64,000 nt of DNA from contig QZKE01000033.1 in the NCBI GenBank assembly GCA_003598015.1, positions 124,616 through 188,615 on the forward strand, in the 5' to 3' direction. Source of the DNA: Actinomycetota bacterium (GTDB lineage Bacteria; Actinomycetota; Geothermincolia; Geothermincolales; RBG-13-55-18). The notes under the pieces are model-generated. The model had not been told where the DNA came from. It made no database searches and saw only the letters and a program-made list of their open reading frames with translations. The position numbers and the translations under genes are program-made. Positions 47,768 to 56,890 of the stretch are shown here, in pieces (the stretch's first letter is position 1; every line of letters begins with the position of its first letter).

Positions 47768-47835
47768 AGGGCTCAAATGTTGACATTTCGTATTTCTCTA
47801 CAAGCCCCATGGATTTGAAAGTCAACATTTGAGCT
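47768..47835. promoter_or_regulatory. Long inverted repeat GGGCTCAAATGTTGACATTTCG / TGAAAGTCAACATTTGAGCTC (25-nt spacer) upstream of the glpA-like operon; operator or terminator hairpin
   Basis: 14-bp perfect core GCTCAAATGTTGAC in both arms read from sequence. Confidence 0.4.
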
Positions 47836-47912
47836 CTGACCCCATAATCTTGATTTTTATGGGTAGAATGGTATGAATAGGCCTGAGGACACCGATTGAA
47901 CGAAGGAAACGT

Positions 47913-49472
47913 ATGCGAACAGAGACATCATCCCTGCCTGCGCGGGCCGGCCTGGTGATCGTCGGGGGCGGCGTCATCGGCTGTTCCATCGCCAGGGAAG
48001 CAACGCGTTATACCCCCGACGTGGTCGTCCTGGAGAAGGAGAGCGACGTATCCTGCGGCACCAGCAAGGCCAACAACGCCGAGGTGCACTCCGGCATCGG
48101 CGAGGACGCGGGGACCCTGAAACAGAAACTCAACGTGCGGGGAAACCAGATGTATGATGAGTTCGTGCGGGGCCTGGGCGTGGAGGTCAAGCGGCACGGC
48201 ATGCTCATCGTGGTCACCCAGCGCGTCATCCCCGAAGAGACCGCCGGGGGCATGAGCGAGGAGGAGAGGGAGGAGATCCTCACGCGCAAGATACCGCAGG
48301 GCATCGTGGCCTACGGCGAGAAGGCCGGTATAAAGGGGCTGCGCGTGCTCACGCGCGACGAGGTCTTCCGCATGGAGCCCAACGTCACCCGCGAGGCCGT
48401 GGCCGGCGTGTTCGACGGAACCTACGGCCTCATCAGCCCCTACAAACTGACCATAGCCCTGGCGGAGCACGCGGTCATCAACGGGGCCAGGGTGTTCACG
48501 GACACCGCGGTCACCGGGTTCCGCGTGGAGGACGGAGGGGTCAAGGCGGTGATCACGGACCGCGGAGAGATCGAGACCTCCCTGGTGGTGAACGCGGCGG
48601 GCGTGTTCGCCGACGAGGTGGCGGACATGGCAGGGGCGGGCGGATTCATCATCCACCCCCGCAAAGGGGCCACCCTGCTTTTCGACCGCCAGGTGACCGC
48701 CGAATACGTGAAGTCGAGCGTGGCGGAGTTCCGCCTGCCGGGCCAGAAGACCACCCAGAGCAAGGGCGGCGGTGCCATGCCCACCGACGAGGGCAACCTG
48801 CAGCTGGGGCCCACCGCGGTGGAGACCGGCGACAAGTACGACACCTCCATCTCCGCGGAGGAGATCGAGGAGATCTTCGAGAGGTTTCACTACCTCCTCC
48901 CCGATTTCCCCCGCGACGCCCTCATCTCCGCCTTCAGTGGCATCCGTGCCCCCACCCTGGAGGAGGATTTCGTCATCGGCGCCTCCGAGGCGGTGCTCGG
49001 CTTCGTGAACGTGGCGGGGATCCAGTCGCCGGGTCTCGCCTCCGCTCCGGCCATCGCCGAGATGGTCATCGGCATACTGCACGAACTGGGCATGCCCGGC
49101 GAACCCAGGCCCGACTTCGATGCGGTGCGGCCGAAGCCCGCGAGGTTCTCCCAGCTTTCCAACGCCGAGCGCAACGCGCTCATCAAGGAAGACCCGCGTT
49201 GGGGGCACGTCATCTGTCGCTGTGAGACGGTGACCGAGATGGAGGTGCTGAACGCCATACACGCCGTAATCCCCGCCACCAACATGGACGCGGTGAAACG
49301 CCGCACCCGCACCGGCATGGGCAGGTGCCAGGGTGGGTTCTGCCACAACCGCGTGGCGGCCATCCTGGCCGGGGAATTGGGGATACCCATCACCGCGGTG
49401 ACCAAGGACGGGGAGGGTTCCCCCATCTTCCTGGGGACGGCCAAGGATTTTCTCAGGGGTGAGGGCGCATGA
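47913..49472 (+). CDS. FAD-dependent oxidoreductase, anaerobic glycerol-3-phosphate dehydrogenase subunit A (GlpA)-like, with C-terminal BFD-like [2Fe-2S] domain
   Basis: GLVIVGGGVIGCSIAREA FAD motif; C-terminal CRCETVTE...GMGRCQGGFC. Confidence 0.8.
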   Translation: MRTETSSLPARAGLVIVGGGVIGCSIAREATRYTPDVVVLEKESDVSCGTSKANNAEVHSGIGEDAGTLKQKLNVRGNQMYDEFVRGLGVEVKRHGMLIVVTQRVIPEETAGGMSEEEREEILTRKIPQGIVAYGEKAGIKGLRVLTRDEVFRMEPNVTREAVAGVFDGTYGLISPYKLTIALAEHAVINGARVFTDTAVTGFRVEDGGVKAVITDRGEIETSLVVNAAGVFADEVADMAGAGGFIIHPRKGATLLFDRQVTAEYVKSSVAEFRLPGQKTTQSKGGGAMPTDEGNLQLGPTAVETGDKYDTSISAEEIEEIFERFHYLLPDFPRDALISAFSGIRAPTLEEDFVIGASEAVLGFVNVAGIQSPGLASAPAIAEMVIGILHELGMPGEPRPDFDAVRPKPARFSQLSNAERNALIKEDPRWGHVICRCETVTEMEVLNAIHAVIPATNMDAVKRRTRTGMGRCQGGFCHNRVAAILAGELGIPITAVTKDGEGSPIFLGTAKDFLRGEGA

Positions 49473-50737
49473 GCGCGGCGAGGCGGCCGGACTGCGCGGT
49501 CATCGGCGCCGGGCCTGCCGGGCTGGGGGCGGCCCTGGCCGCCCGCGAGGCGGGCCTGAAGGACGTCATGCTCATCGAGCGGGACGTCGAGCTGGGCGGC
49601 ATCCTCCCCCAGTGCATACACGACGGCTTCGGCTCCATCGTCTTCGACGAGGTGCTCACCGGCCCCCAGTACGCCCAGCGCTATATCGACCGCATCGAGG
49701 CGGCGGATATCGATGTCAGGCTGAACACCATGGTGCTGGAGATGGCGCCCGACCGGCGCATCACCGCCGTGAACGCCCGGGAGGGGGTCATCGAGCTGGA
49801 GCCCCGGTCCATCGTGCTGGCCATGGGCTGCCGCGAGAGGACGCGCCACCAGGTCATGATCCCCGGCTACCGGCCGGCCGGTGTCATCTGCGCCGGAGCG
49901 GCCCAGAGGGACATCAACATCGAGGGCATCATGCCCGGCCGCAGTGTGGTCATCCTGGGCTCGGGAGATATAGGGCTGATCATGGCTCGCCGCTTCACCC
50001 TCGAGGGCGCTGAGGTGGAGGGGGTATACGAGATTATGGCGAACCCGGGCGGCCTCTCGCGCAACGTGGTGCAGTGCCTGCACGACTACGATATCCCCCT
50101 GCACCTCTCCCATACCGTGACCTTCATCCACGGCCGCAAGCGGGTGGAGGCGGTGACGGTGGCGCAGGTGGACGGGGGTTTGAAGCCCATCGGGGAGACC
50201 GAGCGGCTGGTCCCCTGCGACTCCCTGGTCCTCTCCGTCGGCCTCATTCCCGAGAACGAGCTCTCCCTGCAGGCGGGCGTGGAGCTGGATCCCGTCACCG
50301 CTGGGCCCGTGGTCGACGAGAGCATGCACACCTCCGTGGACGGCATCTTCGCCTGCGGCAACGTGGTCGGCGTCTTCGACCTGGTCGACTGGGTGACCCG
50401 CACCGCCGAGACGGCGGGGAGGGGCGCGGCGGAGTACGTGTTGGGAAAGAAGAAGATCAGGACCCCCATCCGGGTGAACCCCGGCAGGAACGTGAGATTG
50501 GTGGTGCCGCAGCTGGTGCGCAACCTCGGCCGCGAGGTGGATTTCTACTTCCGCGTCCAGCGCCCCGAGCGCGAGGTGAGGGCCAACGTGCTGGCCGGGG
50601 GCGAACAGGTCTTTTCACGCAAGGCGAGGATGGTGCGGCCGCCCGAGATGATACATGCGCAGATAAGCGCGTCCGGCGCCGCCGGGAAAGCGAAGGATAT
50701 CACGCTGGAAGTGGTCCCGCATGAAAAAGAAACATGA
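49469..50737 (+). CDS. NAD(P)/FAD-dependent (pyridine nucleotide-disulfide family) oxidoreductase
   Basis: CAVIGAGPAGLGAA and VVILGSGDIGL dinucleotide motifs; ATGA overlap with upstream gene. Confidence 0.8.
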   Translation: MSAARRPDCAVIGAGPAGLGAALAAREAGLKDVMLIERDVELGGILPQCIHDGFGSIVFDEVLTGPQYAQRYIDRIEAADIDVRLNTMVLEMAPDRRITAVNAREGVIELEPRSIVLAMGCRERTRHQVMIPGYRPAGVICAGAAQRDINIEGIMPGRSVVILGSGDIGLIMARRFTLEGAEVEGVYEIMANPGGLSRNVVQCLHDYDIPLHLSHTVTFIHGRKRVEAVTVAQVDGGLKPIGETERLVPCDSLVLSVGLIPENELSLQAGVELDPVTAGPVVDESMHTSVDGIFACGNVVGVFDLVDWVTRTAETAGRGAAEYVLGKKKIRTPIRVNPGRNVRLVVPQLVRNLGREVDFYFRVQRPEREVRANVLAGGEQVFSRKARMVRPPEMIHAQISASGAAGKAKDITLEVVPHEKET

Positions 50738-51098
50738 GTTCCTGTGCATAAACTGCCCCCTGGGCTGCAGCCTCGAGCTCACCGAGGAGGGCGGAGAGAT
50801 CCTGGAGATCGCCGGCGCCGAGTGCAAGGTGGGAGAGAAGTACGCCGAGGAGGAGTTCAGGAATCCCCGCCGCAGGGTGAGCACCACGGTGAGGGTCTCG
50901 GGCGGGACGCTTCCGTTGCTCCCCGTAGCGAGCGAATCGCCTATACCCAAGAAGATGGTCAGGGACGCGGTCAAGGTGCTGGCCGAAACGGTGGTAGAGG
51001 CACCGGTAGCGGACGGGCAGGTGATATACCCGGACATCCTGGGCACCGGCGTCAATGTAGTCGCCTCACGCAGACTGGATCGCGAATCCACGCGGTAG
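50721..51098 (+). CDS. DUF1667 domain-containing protein (third member of GlpA-like/oxidoreductase/DUF1667 trio)
   Basis: FLCINCPLGCSLE...AECKVGEKY N-terminal Cys motif typical of DUF1667; overlaps upstream gene by 17 nt. Confidence 0.65.
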   Translation: MKKKHEFLCINCPLGCSLELTEEGGEILEIAGAECKVGEKYAEEEFRNPRRRVSTTVRVSGGTLPLLPVASESPIPKKMVRDAVKVLAETVVEAPVADGQVIYPDILGTGVNVVASRRLDRESTR

Positions 51099-51219
51099 TC
51101 AGGCCTGACCCCCGGGCCTGACACAAGCATTTTCGCCATATCAGGAACACCTCAGTCATAACCCGAGTCATAGGGCATGTAGTCATTTATATACGTAAAG
51201 GAAGGGGCAGCCAATAATC

Positions 51220-52284
51220 ATGCTTCAAGGAGTCACTGCCATGGACATGTTCGATTTCCTGACCAGCAGGCAGTTCACCCTGCCGGCGCTGTTCATGCTG
51301 GGCGGACTGGCCCTGGGTTTCGTTCTGGAGAGGGTACTCCTCGTCGCCCTGGGCAGGCTCTGGTCCCGCAAGGACTGGGATGGGTTCCAGACGGTAAGGA
51401 AGTCCCTGCGAGGTATGATAACCTTGTGGTTCGCGATCGGTGGAGCTTATGCCTCCACACGTCTGGCCGCCTTGAATCCAGCGGTGAGGTTGATCTATCA
51501 CGAGGCCTTCCTGGCCCTCATCATCTTCACCATGTCCCTGGTTATCGCCCGCATCCTGGCGGGGCTGCTGGACCTGTACATAAGCAGGGCGGAAGGGGCC
51601 TTCCCCTCGACGACCATCCTGGGCAACATCGTCAGGATAACCGTGATGCTTACTGGGATACTGGTCATCCTCAAGATCCTGGATGTCCCCATCACCCCCA
51701 TCCTGACCGCCCTGGGCGTGGGCGGCTTCGCCATGGCCCTGGCCTTCCAGGACACGCTGTCCAACCTTTTTTCCGGGCTGCACATACTGGCATCCAAGCA
51801 GTTGAGGCCGGGTGATTATGTCGAGCTGGACACCGGTAACGAGGGATACGTAGTGGACGTTACCTGGAGAAACACCACTATCAGGACGCTCCCCAACAAC
51901 GTGGTGGTTATCCCCAACTCGAAACTGGCCACGACGGTGCTGACAAATTACCACCGCCCGGTGAAGGAGTTCTCGGTCCTGGTAGACGTGGGCGTGGGTT
52001 ACGACAGCGACCTGCAGAGGGTCGAGGAGATTACCCTGGAGATCGCACGTGAGGTGCTGAGGGAAGTGCACGGCGGCGTCTCTGGCTTCGAGCCGCAGGT
52101 CTACTATAAGGAATTCTCTGATATCAGGATCGAGTTCACCGTGGTTCTCCGCGCCGAGGAATACGTGGACCAGTACCGGCTCAAGCACGAGTTCATCAAG
52201 AGGCTGCACGAGCGCTACGGCTTGGAGGAGATAGATATACCATCCCTGGTGACCACAATGTACCTGGAGCCGAGCCGGCACTGA
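51220..52284 (+). CDS. Mechanosensitive ion channel (MscS family)
   Basis: 3 N-terminal TM helices, pore helix GVGGFAMALAFQDTLSNLFSG, beta-domain PGDYVELD...G.V.DV. Confidence 0.85.
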   Translation: MLQGVTAMDMFDFLTSRQFTLPALFMLGGLALGFVLERVLLVALGRLWSRKDWDGFQTVRKSLRGMITLWFAIGGAYASTRLAALNPAVRLIYHEAFLALIIFTMSLVIARILAGLLDLYISRAEGAFPSTTILGNIVRITVMLTGILVILKILDVPITPILTALGVGGFAMALAFQDTLSNLFSGLHILASKQLRPGDYVELDTGNEGYVVDVTWRNTTIRTLPNNVVVIPNSKLATTVLTNYHRPVKEFSVLVDVGVGYDSDLQRVEEITLEIAREVLREVHGGVSGFEPQVYYKEFSDIRIEFTVVLRAEEYVDQYRLKHEFIKRLHERYGLEEIDIPSLVTTMYLEPSRH

Positions 52285-52288
52285 TGAA

Positions 52289-52373
52289 GGGGTCGTATCT
52301 TCGATCTTCGGTTCTTGCTTAGATAAACGCTGCCCCTAACGGAATACTGAACTCAATATTGAAGATACGACCC
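52289..52373. repeat. 16-bp near-perfect inverted repeat GGGTCGTATCTTCGAT / ATTGAAGATACGACCC with about 52-nt loop between convergent mscS and ligase genes
   Basis: Read from sequence; 15/16 complementary. Confidence 0.4.
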
Positions 52374-52374
52374 G

Positions 52375-53358
52375 CTAGGCGGACTCCCTGACGACCTCGC
52401 CGGGCTCTTTGTCGCTGCGCAGGCCCAGGAACCTCGGGTGGCGCAGCCTGCCATCCCGCGTCCACTCGGCGAAACCGACCCGGGCTACGAGTTCGGGCCG
52501 CACCCAGTGCACGCCCCTCTGGTCCAGGTCATCGCCGAAGGGTGAGCTCTCCTGCTCCATTCGGGATAACGACGCATGCAGGCTCTCAAGCATAGACTCG
52601 CTGAAACCCGTACCGACCTTTCCGGCATAGCGTAGCTTCTTCCCCTCGTAGTATCCGAGCAGCAAGGCTCCGAACCCGGTCCTCGTCCCCCTGGGCTCCG
52701 TGTACCCGCCGATGACGAACTCCTGCTCCCTGACGCATTTGAACTTCAGCCAGTCCGGCGAGCGTCCGGAGACATACAGGCTTGCCACCCGCTTGGCGAT
52801 GAGGCCCTCCCTTCCCTTGCCGCATATCTCCTCGAAATATGCCTCGTCGGCCTCGGGAATGTGGGAGAGGAAGCGTATGGGGTCCGTGTACGATACCGCC
52901 TTCTCGAGCAGCCTTTTCCTCGCTGCGAGGGGGAGTTGGGTGACGTCGTAACCCTCGACGTAGAGGATATCGAAGACGTAGTAGCGTATTACGATGCCGG
53001 CACCGTGGGATGTGGAGGGATTGCCACCATGCGAACGCCCCTGGAGAAGCGAGAAGCTGGTGCGATCCCCCTCGCATGCCGCGATCTCGCCGTCCAGGAT
53101 CAACGCATCGGCGGCCTGCCCGCGCAGCGCCGTCTCTATCTCCGGGTAGCCCTCGTTGAGGAGATTCCGGTTCCTCGAGTACATATTGATGTCGCCGCCT
53201 CTCTTGAAGGCGAGACAGCGTATGCCGTCGAGCTTGGGCTCGCATATCCAGCCGGGTTCGAAAAAGCGCTTGCCGGCCAGCGTCGCGAGCATGGGCGATA
53301 CCCAGCGCGGCTGCGGCGTCTTTATCAGTTTTCCCCTCAGGTCCTCCGGCAGATCCAT
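52375..53358 (-). CDS. ATP-dependent DNA ligase (LigD ligase-domain-only gene)
   Basis: KxDG adenylation motif (EPKLDGIR), downstream ligase motifs (EGLIAKR, WLKFK). Confidence 0.85.
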   Translation of the reverse strand: MDLPEDLRGKLIKTPQPRWVSPMLATLAGKRFFEPGWICEPKLDGIRCLAFKRGGDINMYSRNRNLLNEGYPEIETALRGQAADALILDGEIAACEGDRTSFSLLQGRSHGGNPSTSHGAGIVIRYYVFDILYVEGYDVTQLPLAARKRLLEKAVSYTDPIRFLSHIPEADEAYFEEICGKGREGLIAKRVASLYVSGRSPDWLKFKCVREQEFVIGGYTEPRGTRTGFGALLLGYYEGKKLRYAGKVGTGFSESMLESLHASLSRMEQESSPFGDDLDQRGVHWVRPELVARVGFAEWTRDGRLRHPRFLGLRSDKEPGEVVRESA

Positions 53359-53437
53359 GCGGCCCCCGTTGATACGCTGGAAAAACCCTGGGCGACACCC
53401 TTATAGTCACACATCCACGCGTACACTTACCAGCCCC

Positions 53438-53536
53438 ACGCTTGGTTGGGGTCAGCCCCGGACATGGGACAAAAACCAGACGTATACTCTTCCTATATTC
53501 GGTTTTTGTCCCATGTCCGGGGCTGGCCCCAAGCGT
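53438..53536. promoter_or_regulatory. Large palindrome (25-bp perfect arms CAGCCCCGGACATGGGACAAAAACC / GGTTTTTGTCCCATGTCCGGGGCTG, 23-nt AT-rich spacer containing TATACT/TATATT) in the divergent promoter region between the ligase gene and ligD PE-Pol/ku
   Basis: Exact reverse-complement arms at 53453-53477 and 53501-53525; partial extension ACGCTTGG../..CCAAGCGT. Confidence 0.5.
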
Positions 53537-53580
53537 TAGCTTGCCGTACGGGATGGGAAGATTAAGAATGGGGAGAGAGC

Positions 53581-55110
53581 TTGAAAGGCTTGCAGGCAAT
53601 GGCAGAGAATAATCTGGAGAAATACCGCAGCAAGAGGGACTTCGGGAAGACGCCCGAGCCGGGCGGGGCCCCGGGGGAATCCCGGGGCGGCGCTATCTTC
53701 GTCATCCAGAAGCACGCCGCCCGGAACCTCCATTACGACATCCGGCTGGAATCCGACGGGGTTCTCAAGTCCTGGGCGGTACCCAAGGGGCCCTCCATGA
53801 ATCCCCGCGACAAGCGGCTGGCCATGCCGACGGAGGACCACCCCCTCTCCTACGCTGACTTCGAGGGGGTCATCCCCAGGGGCGAATACGGAGCGGGTGC
53901 GGTGGAGGTATGGGACCGGGGCGTCTTCGTCAACCTCAAGCCCAAGGGCGAGGGCAATTCCATCTCCGCCAACATGGAAGACGGTCTGGTCGAGGTGTGG
54001 CTGGAGGGCGAGAAGCTCAAGGGTGGCTTCGCGCTGGTCCGCACCAGGATGGGGAAGGGCGAGACCTGGCTGCTGGTGAAGATGAGGGACAAAGAGACCG
54101 GCCTGGATAGAAACCCGGTCGAGGACCTGCCCCGCTCCGTGCTCACCGGCCGCACCCTGGAGGAGATAGCGGAGGGGGCGGGATATTTCTCCGAGGATCC
54201 GCCCAACATCAAGGTGAGCATAGGCGGCCGCACCCTCACCTTGACCAACCTCAACAAGATCATGTACCCGGAGGCGGACTTCAGCAAGGCCGGCGTGCTC
54301 AACTACTACATCGGCGTCTCTCTTTATATCCTGCCCCACCTGCGGGGGAGGCTGCTCACCATGAAGCGGTATCCGGACGGGGTGGATGGGGATTTCTTCT
54401 ATGAGAAGAGCTGTCCCGGATACAAACCCGACTGGCTCACTGTCACCGAGGCGGGCAGAACGAAGAAGGTGGCGTACTGCACCGTAGAAGACGAGGCCGG
54501 CCTGGTGTGGATAGCCAACCTTGCTTCCCTGGAGTTCCATACCTCGCTCAGCCGTTCCGGCAACATATCCAGGCCGACCATGGTGGTCTTCGATCTCGAT
54601 CCCGGAGAGGGCATGGATATCCTGGACTGCGCAAGAGCGGGGGTGGACCTGAGGGCGCTGCTTGCCGGCCTGGGGCTGGAATGCTGTGCGAAGACCTCGG
54701 GGGGAAAAGGCCTCCACGTCTACATCCCCCTCAACACGCCCGTCTCCTTCCAGGAGACCAAGGACTTCGCACATGCCGTGGCGCTCATGATGCAGGAGCG
54801 GTACCCGGACATGATCGTCGCCAACATGCGCAAGGCCCTGCGCAAAGGGAAGATCCTTATCGACTGGAGCCAGAACGACGAACACAAGACGACGGTCTGC
54901 GCCTACTCCCTGCGTGCCCGGACCAGGCCGGTGGTCTCCACGCCCGTCACCTGGGATGAACTGGACGCGGCGGTCGAGAAGAAGGACAAAGGCCTGCTCT
55001 TCTTCGAGGTAGAGGATGTGCTGGAGCGCGTGCATGAAAAGGGTGACCTCTTCAGGCCCGTGGCCGTCATGGAGCAGGAGCTGCCCGCGGCGGCGCACCT
55101 GGGGCGATGA
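53581..55110 (+). CDS. ligD: LigD 3'-phosphoesterase (PE) + polymerase/primase (Pol) domain protein
   Basis: PE domain (FVIQKHAARNLHYDIRLE...SWAVPKGPS) followed by LigD Pol domain (KIMYPE..., ...KGLHVYIPL...). Confidence 0.8.
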   Translation: MKGLQAMAENNLEKYRSKRDFGKTPEPGGAPGESRGGAIFVIQKHAARNLHYDIRLESDGVLKSWAVPKGPSMNPRDKRLAMPTEDHPLSYADFEGVIPRGEYGAGAVEVWDRGVFVNLKPKGEGNSISANMEDGLVEVWLEGEKLKGGFALVRTRMGKGETWLLVKMRDKETGLDRNPVEDLPRSVLTGRTLEEIAEGAGYFSEDPPNIKVSIGGRTLTLTNLNKIMYPEADFSKAGVLNYYIGVSLYILPHLRGRLLTMKRYPDGVDGDFFYEKSCPGYKPDWLTVTEAGRTKKVAYCTVEDEAGLVWIANLASLEFHTSLSRSGNISRPTMVVFDLDPGEGMDILDCARAGVDLRALLAGLGLECCAKTSGGKGLHVYIPLNTPVSFQETKDFAHAVALMMQERYPDMIVANMRKALRKGKILIDWSQNDEHKTTVCAYSLRARTRPVVSTPVTWDELDAAVEKKDKGLLFFEVEDVLERVHEKGDLFRPVAVMEQELPAAAHLGR

Positions 55111-55141
55111 GAGAAGAGCGAGATGAAAGGATGGGAGTGAA

Positions 55142-55996
55142 ATGCCAAAAGCACTATGGAACGGATATATAAGCTTCGGGCTGGTCAACATACCGGTCTC
55201 CCTGGTGACGGCCGTGCGCGATAAGTCCATCCATTTCAACCTCCTCCATCCCGAAGACGGGGCCAGGCTGCGCCAGAAGCTCGTGTGCCCTTTCGACGCC
55301 AAGGAAGTGGGGCGCAAGCAGGCGGCCAGGGGCTATGAAGTCTCTCCCGGCGAATACGTAATCGTCGAGGAAGATGAGCTGCGCGCGCTGGAGCCCGAGA
55401 AGAGCAGGATGATCGAGATATCCGACTTCGTCGCGATGGCGGAGATAGACCCCGTCTACTACGAGAGGCCCTATTATCTCATCCCGCAGGAGGGGGGAGG
55501 AAAGGCCTACTCGCTCCTGCTGCGAGCCATGGTGGAGAAGAACAGGATCGGCATCGGCAAGTTCGTATTCCACGAGCGCGAGCACGTGGTGGCATTGAGG
55601 CCCCTGGACGGCATCCTGTGCCTGGAGATAATGCGCTTCGCCGATGAGATCGTCGGCAGGAAGGGTATCAGGGATAGCGTGGAGGAAGAGAGGAGCGCAG
55701 ACAAGAAACAGCTCGAGCTGGCCAAGGAATTGATCGACGCCCTGGCGGGGGATTTCGAGCCGGAGAAATACAAGGACGATTACCGGGAAGCCGTAAGGGA
55801 ACTGATAGAGAAAAAGGCCAGGGGCGAGAAGATCGTGGCGGCGCCCGCAGAGGCCCACGAGGGCAAGGTCGTAGATCTCATGGCCGCCCTGGAGCGCAGC
55901 CTCGCGCAGGTCCGGGGCGGGCAGGAAGACGCCCAAGGAGCGGCGGGGAGGAAACCCACGCGCGGGGGTAGGAAGAAAGCGTCGGGAAAGCAATGA
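55142..55996 (+). CDS. ku: Ku protein (NHEJ DNA end-binding)
   Basis: MPKALWNGYISFGLVNIPV... canonical bacterial Ku N-terminus; basic Lys/Arg-rich C-tail. Confidence 0.9.
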   Translation: MPKALWNGYISFGLVNIPVSLVTAVRDKSIHFNLLHPEDGARLRQKLVCPFDAKEVGRKQAARGYEVSPGEYVIVEEDELRALEPEKSRMIEISDFVAMAEIDPVYYERPYYLIPQEGGGKAYSLLLRAMVEKNRIGIGKFVFHEREHVVALRPLDGILCLEIMRFADEIVGRKGIRDSVEEERSADKKQLELAKELIDALAGDFEPEKYKDDYREAVRELIEKKARGEKIVAAPAEAHEGKVVDLMAALERSLAQVRGGQEDAQGAAGRKPTRGGRKKASGKQ

Positions 55997-56206
55997 TCAC
56001 GCAGCCCCGTAGTTGTGACGCACCTCGCGTGGAAGCGTTCCACCCCTTGCTATCGGCACCGGCATCCCGGATGAAAAGATACGAGACGTGCGCAAGGCGG
56101 CTTCGTCCTTCCCGATATTAAAATCCCCGGGTTCGGTATAGATCTGCATGGGCGTCATGATGTCCGTGCCACCCGGGCTGCACCCGGCCTGTATCAAGAA
56201 CAGATG

Positions 56207-56890
56207 CTACGAACCCCGCACCGGCCGGTTGCCTCTCCGGCCAGGCAGCATCCCGCGTAGTTCGATTGCGTTCGCGGCGGCGTATCCCCCCTGGTCGTTG
56301 TCGAAGTAGCAGTAGATGTCCAGGCCTTTCCCGCACCAGGCGGAGAAAGCGTGCGCCCAGCCCGCCAGTGTCTTCGCGTCGTATTTCCCCCGGTATGCCT
56401 GGCCGGGGCCGTGCAGCCTCACGTACACGAAGTCGGCGGTGATCTTTTTGGGGGAGAGGCGGCCTTCCAGATTGTAGATACAGAGGGCGATATTGTGCCG
56501 GTCGAGCAGCCCGTACACTTCCTCGTGGAACCAGCTCGCATCGCGGAATTCGAAGGCGTACTTTCTCCCCCCGGGCAGTACTGCGAGGAAAGAGCGCAGG
56601 CGCTCCAGGTCGAGCTTCCAGCGGGGCGGCAGCTGGAAGAGGATGGGGCCGAGCTTGCCCCCCAACGCCTCCATCCTCTGCATGAAGGTGGAAACCGGCT
56701 CCTCCGCCTCCCGCAGCTTCTTCATATGCGTTATGTACCTGCTTGCTTTCACGGCGAAGATGAAACCGGCAGGCACGCTATCGTGCCAGTGGAGCAGCGT
56801 TTTTTTCTCCGGCAATTGATAGAAGGTGTTGTTCACTTCGACCGTGCGGAAACGGCCGGCATAGTAACCCAACATCCCTGCGGAGTCCAT
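56207..56890 (-). CDS. DUF72 domain protein; annotated from downstream ATG because the native N-terminus (MNKGERIHVGTSGWHYDH*RGPFYP) is interrupted by in-frame TAG at 56905-56907
   Basis: DUF72 N-terminal signature IxGTSGWxYxxW present upstream in frame with TAG replacing the conserved Trp codon. Confidence 0.65.
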   Translation of the reverse strand: MDSAGMLGYYAGRFRTVEVNNTFYQLPEKKTLLHWHDSVPAGFIFAVKASRYITHMKKLREAEEPVSTFMQRMEALGGKLGPILFQLPPRWKLDLERLRSFLAVLPGGRKYAFEFRDASWFHEEVYGLLDRHNIALCIYNLEGRLSPKKITADFVYVRLHGPGQAYRGKYDAKTLAGWAHAFSAWCGKGLDIYCYFDNDQGGYAAANAIELRGMLPGRRGNRPVRGS

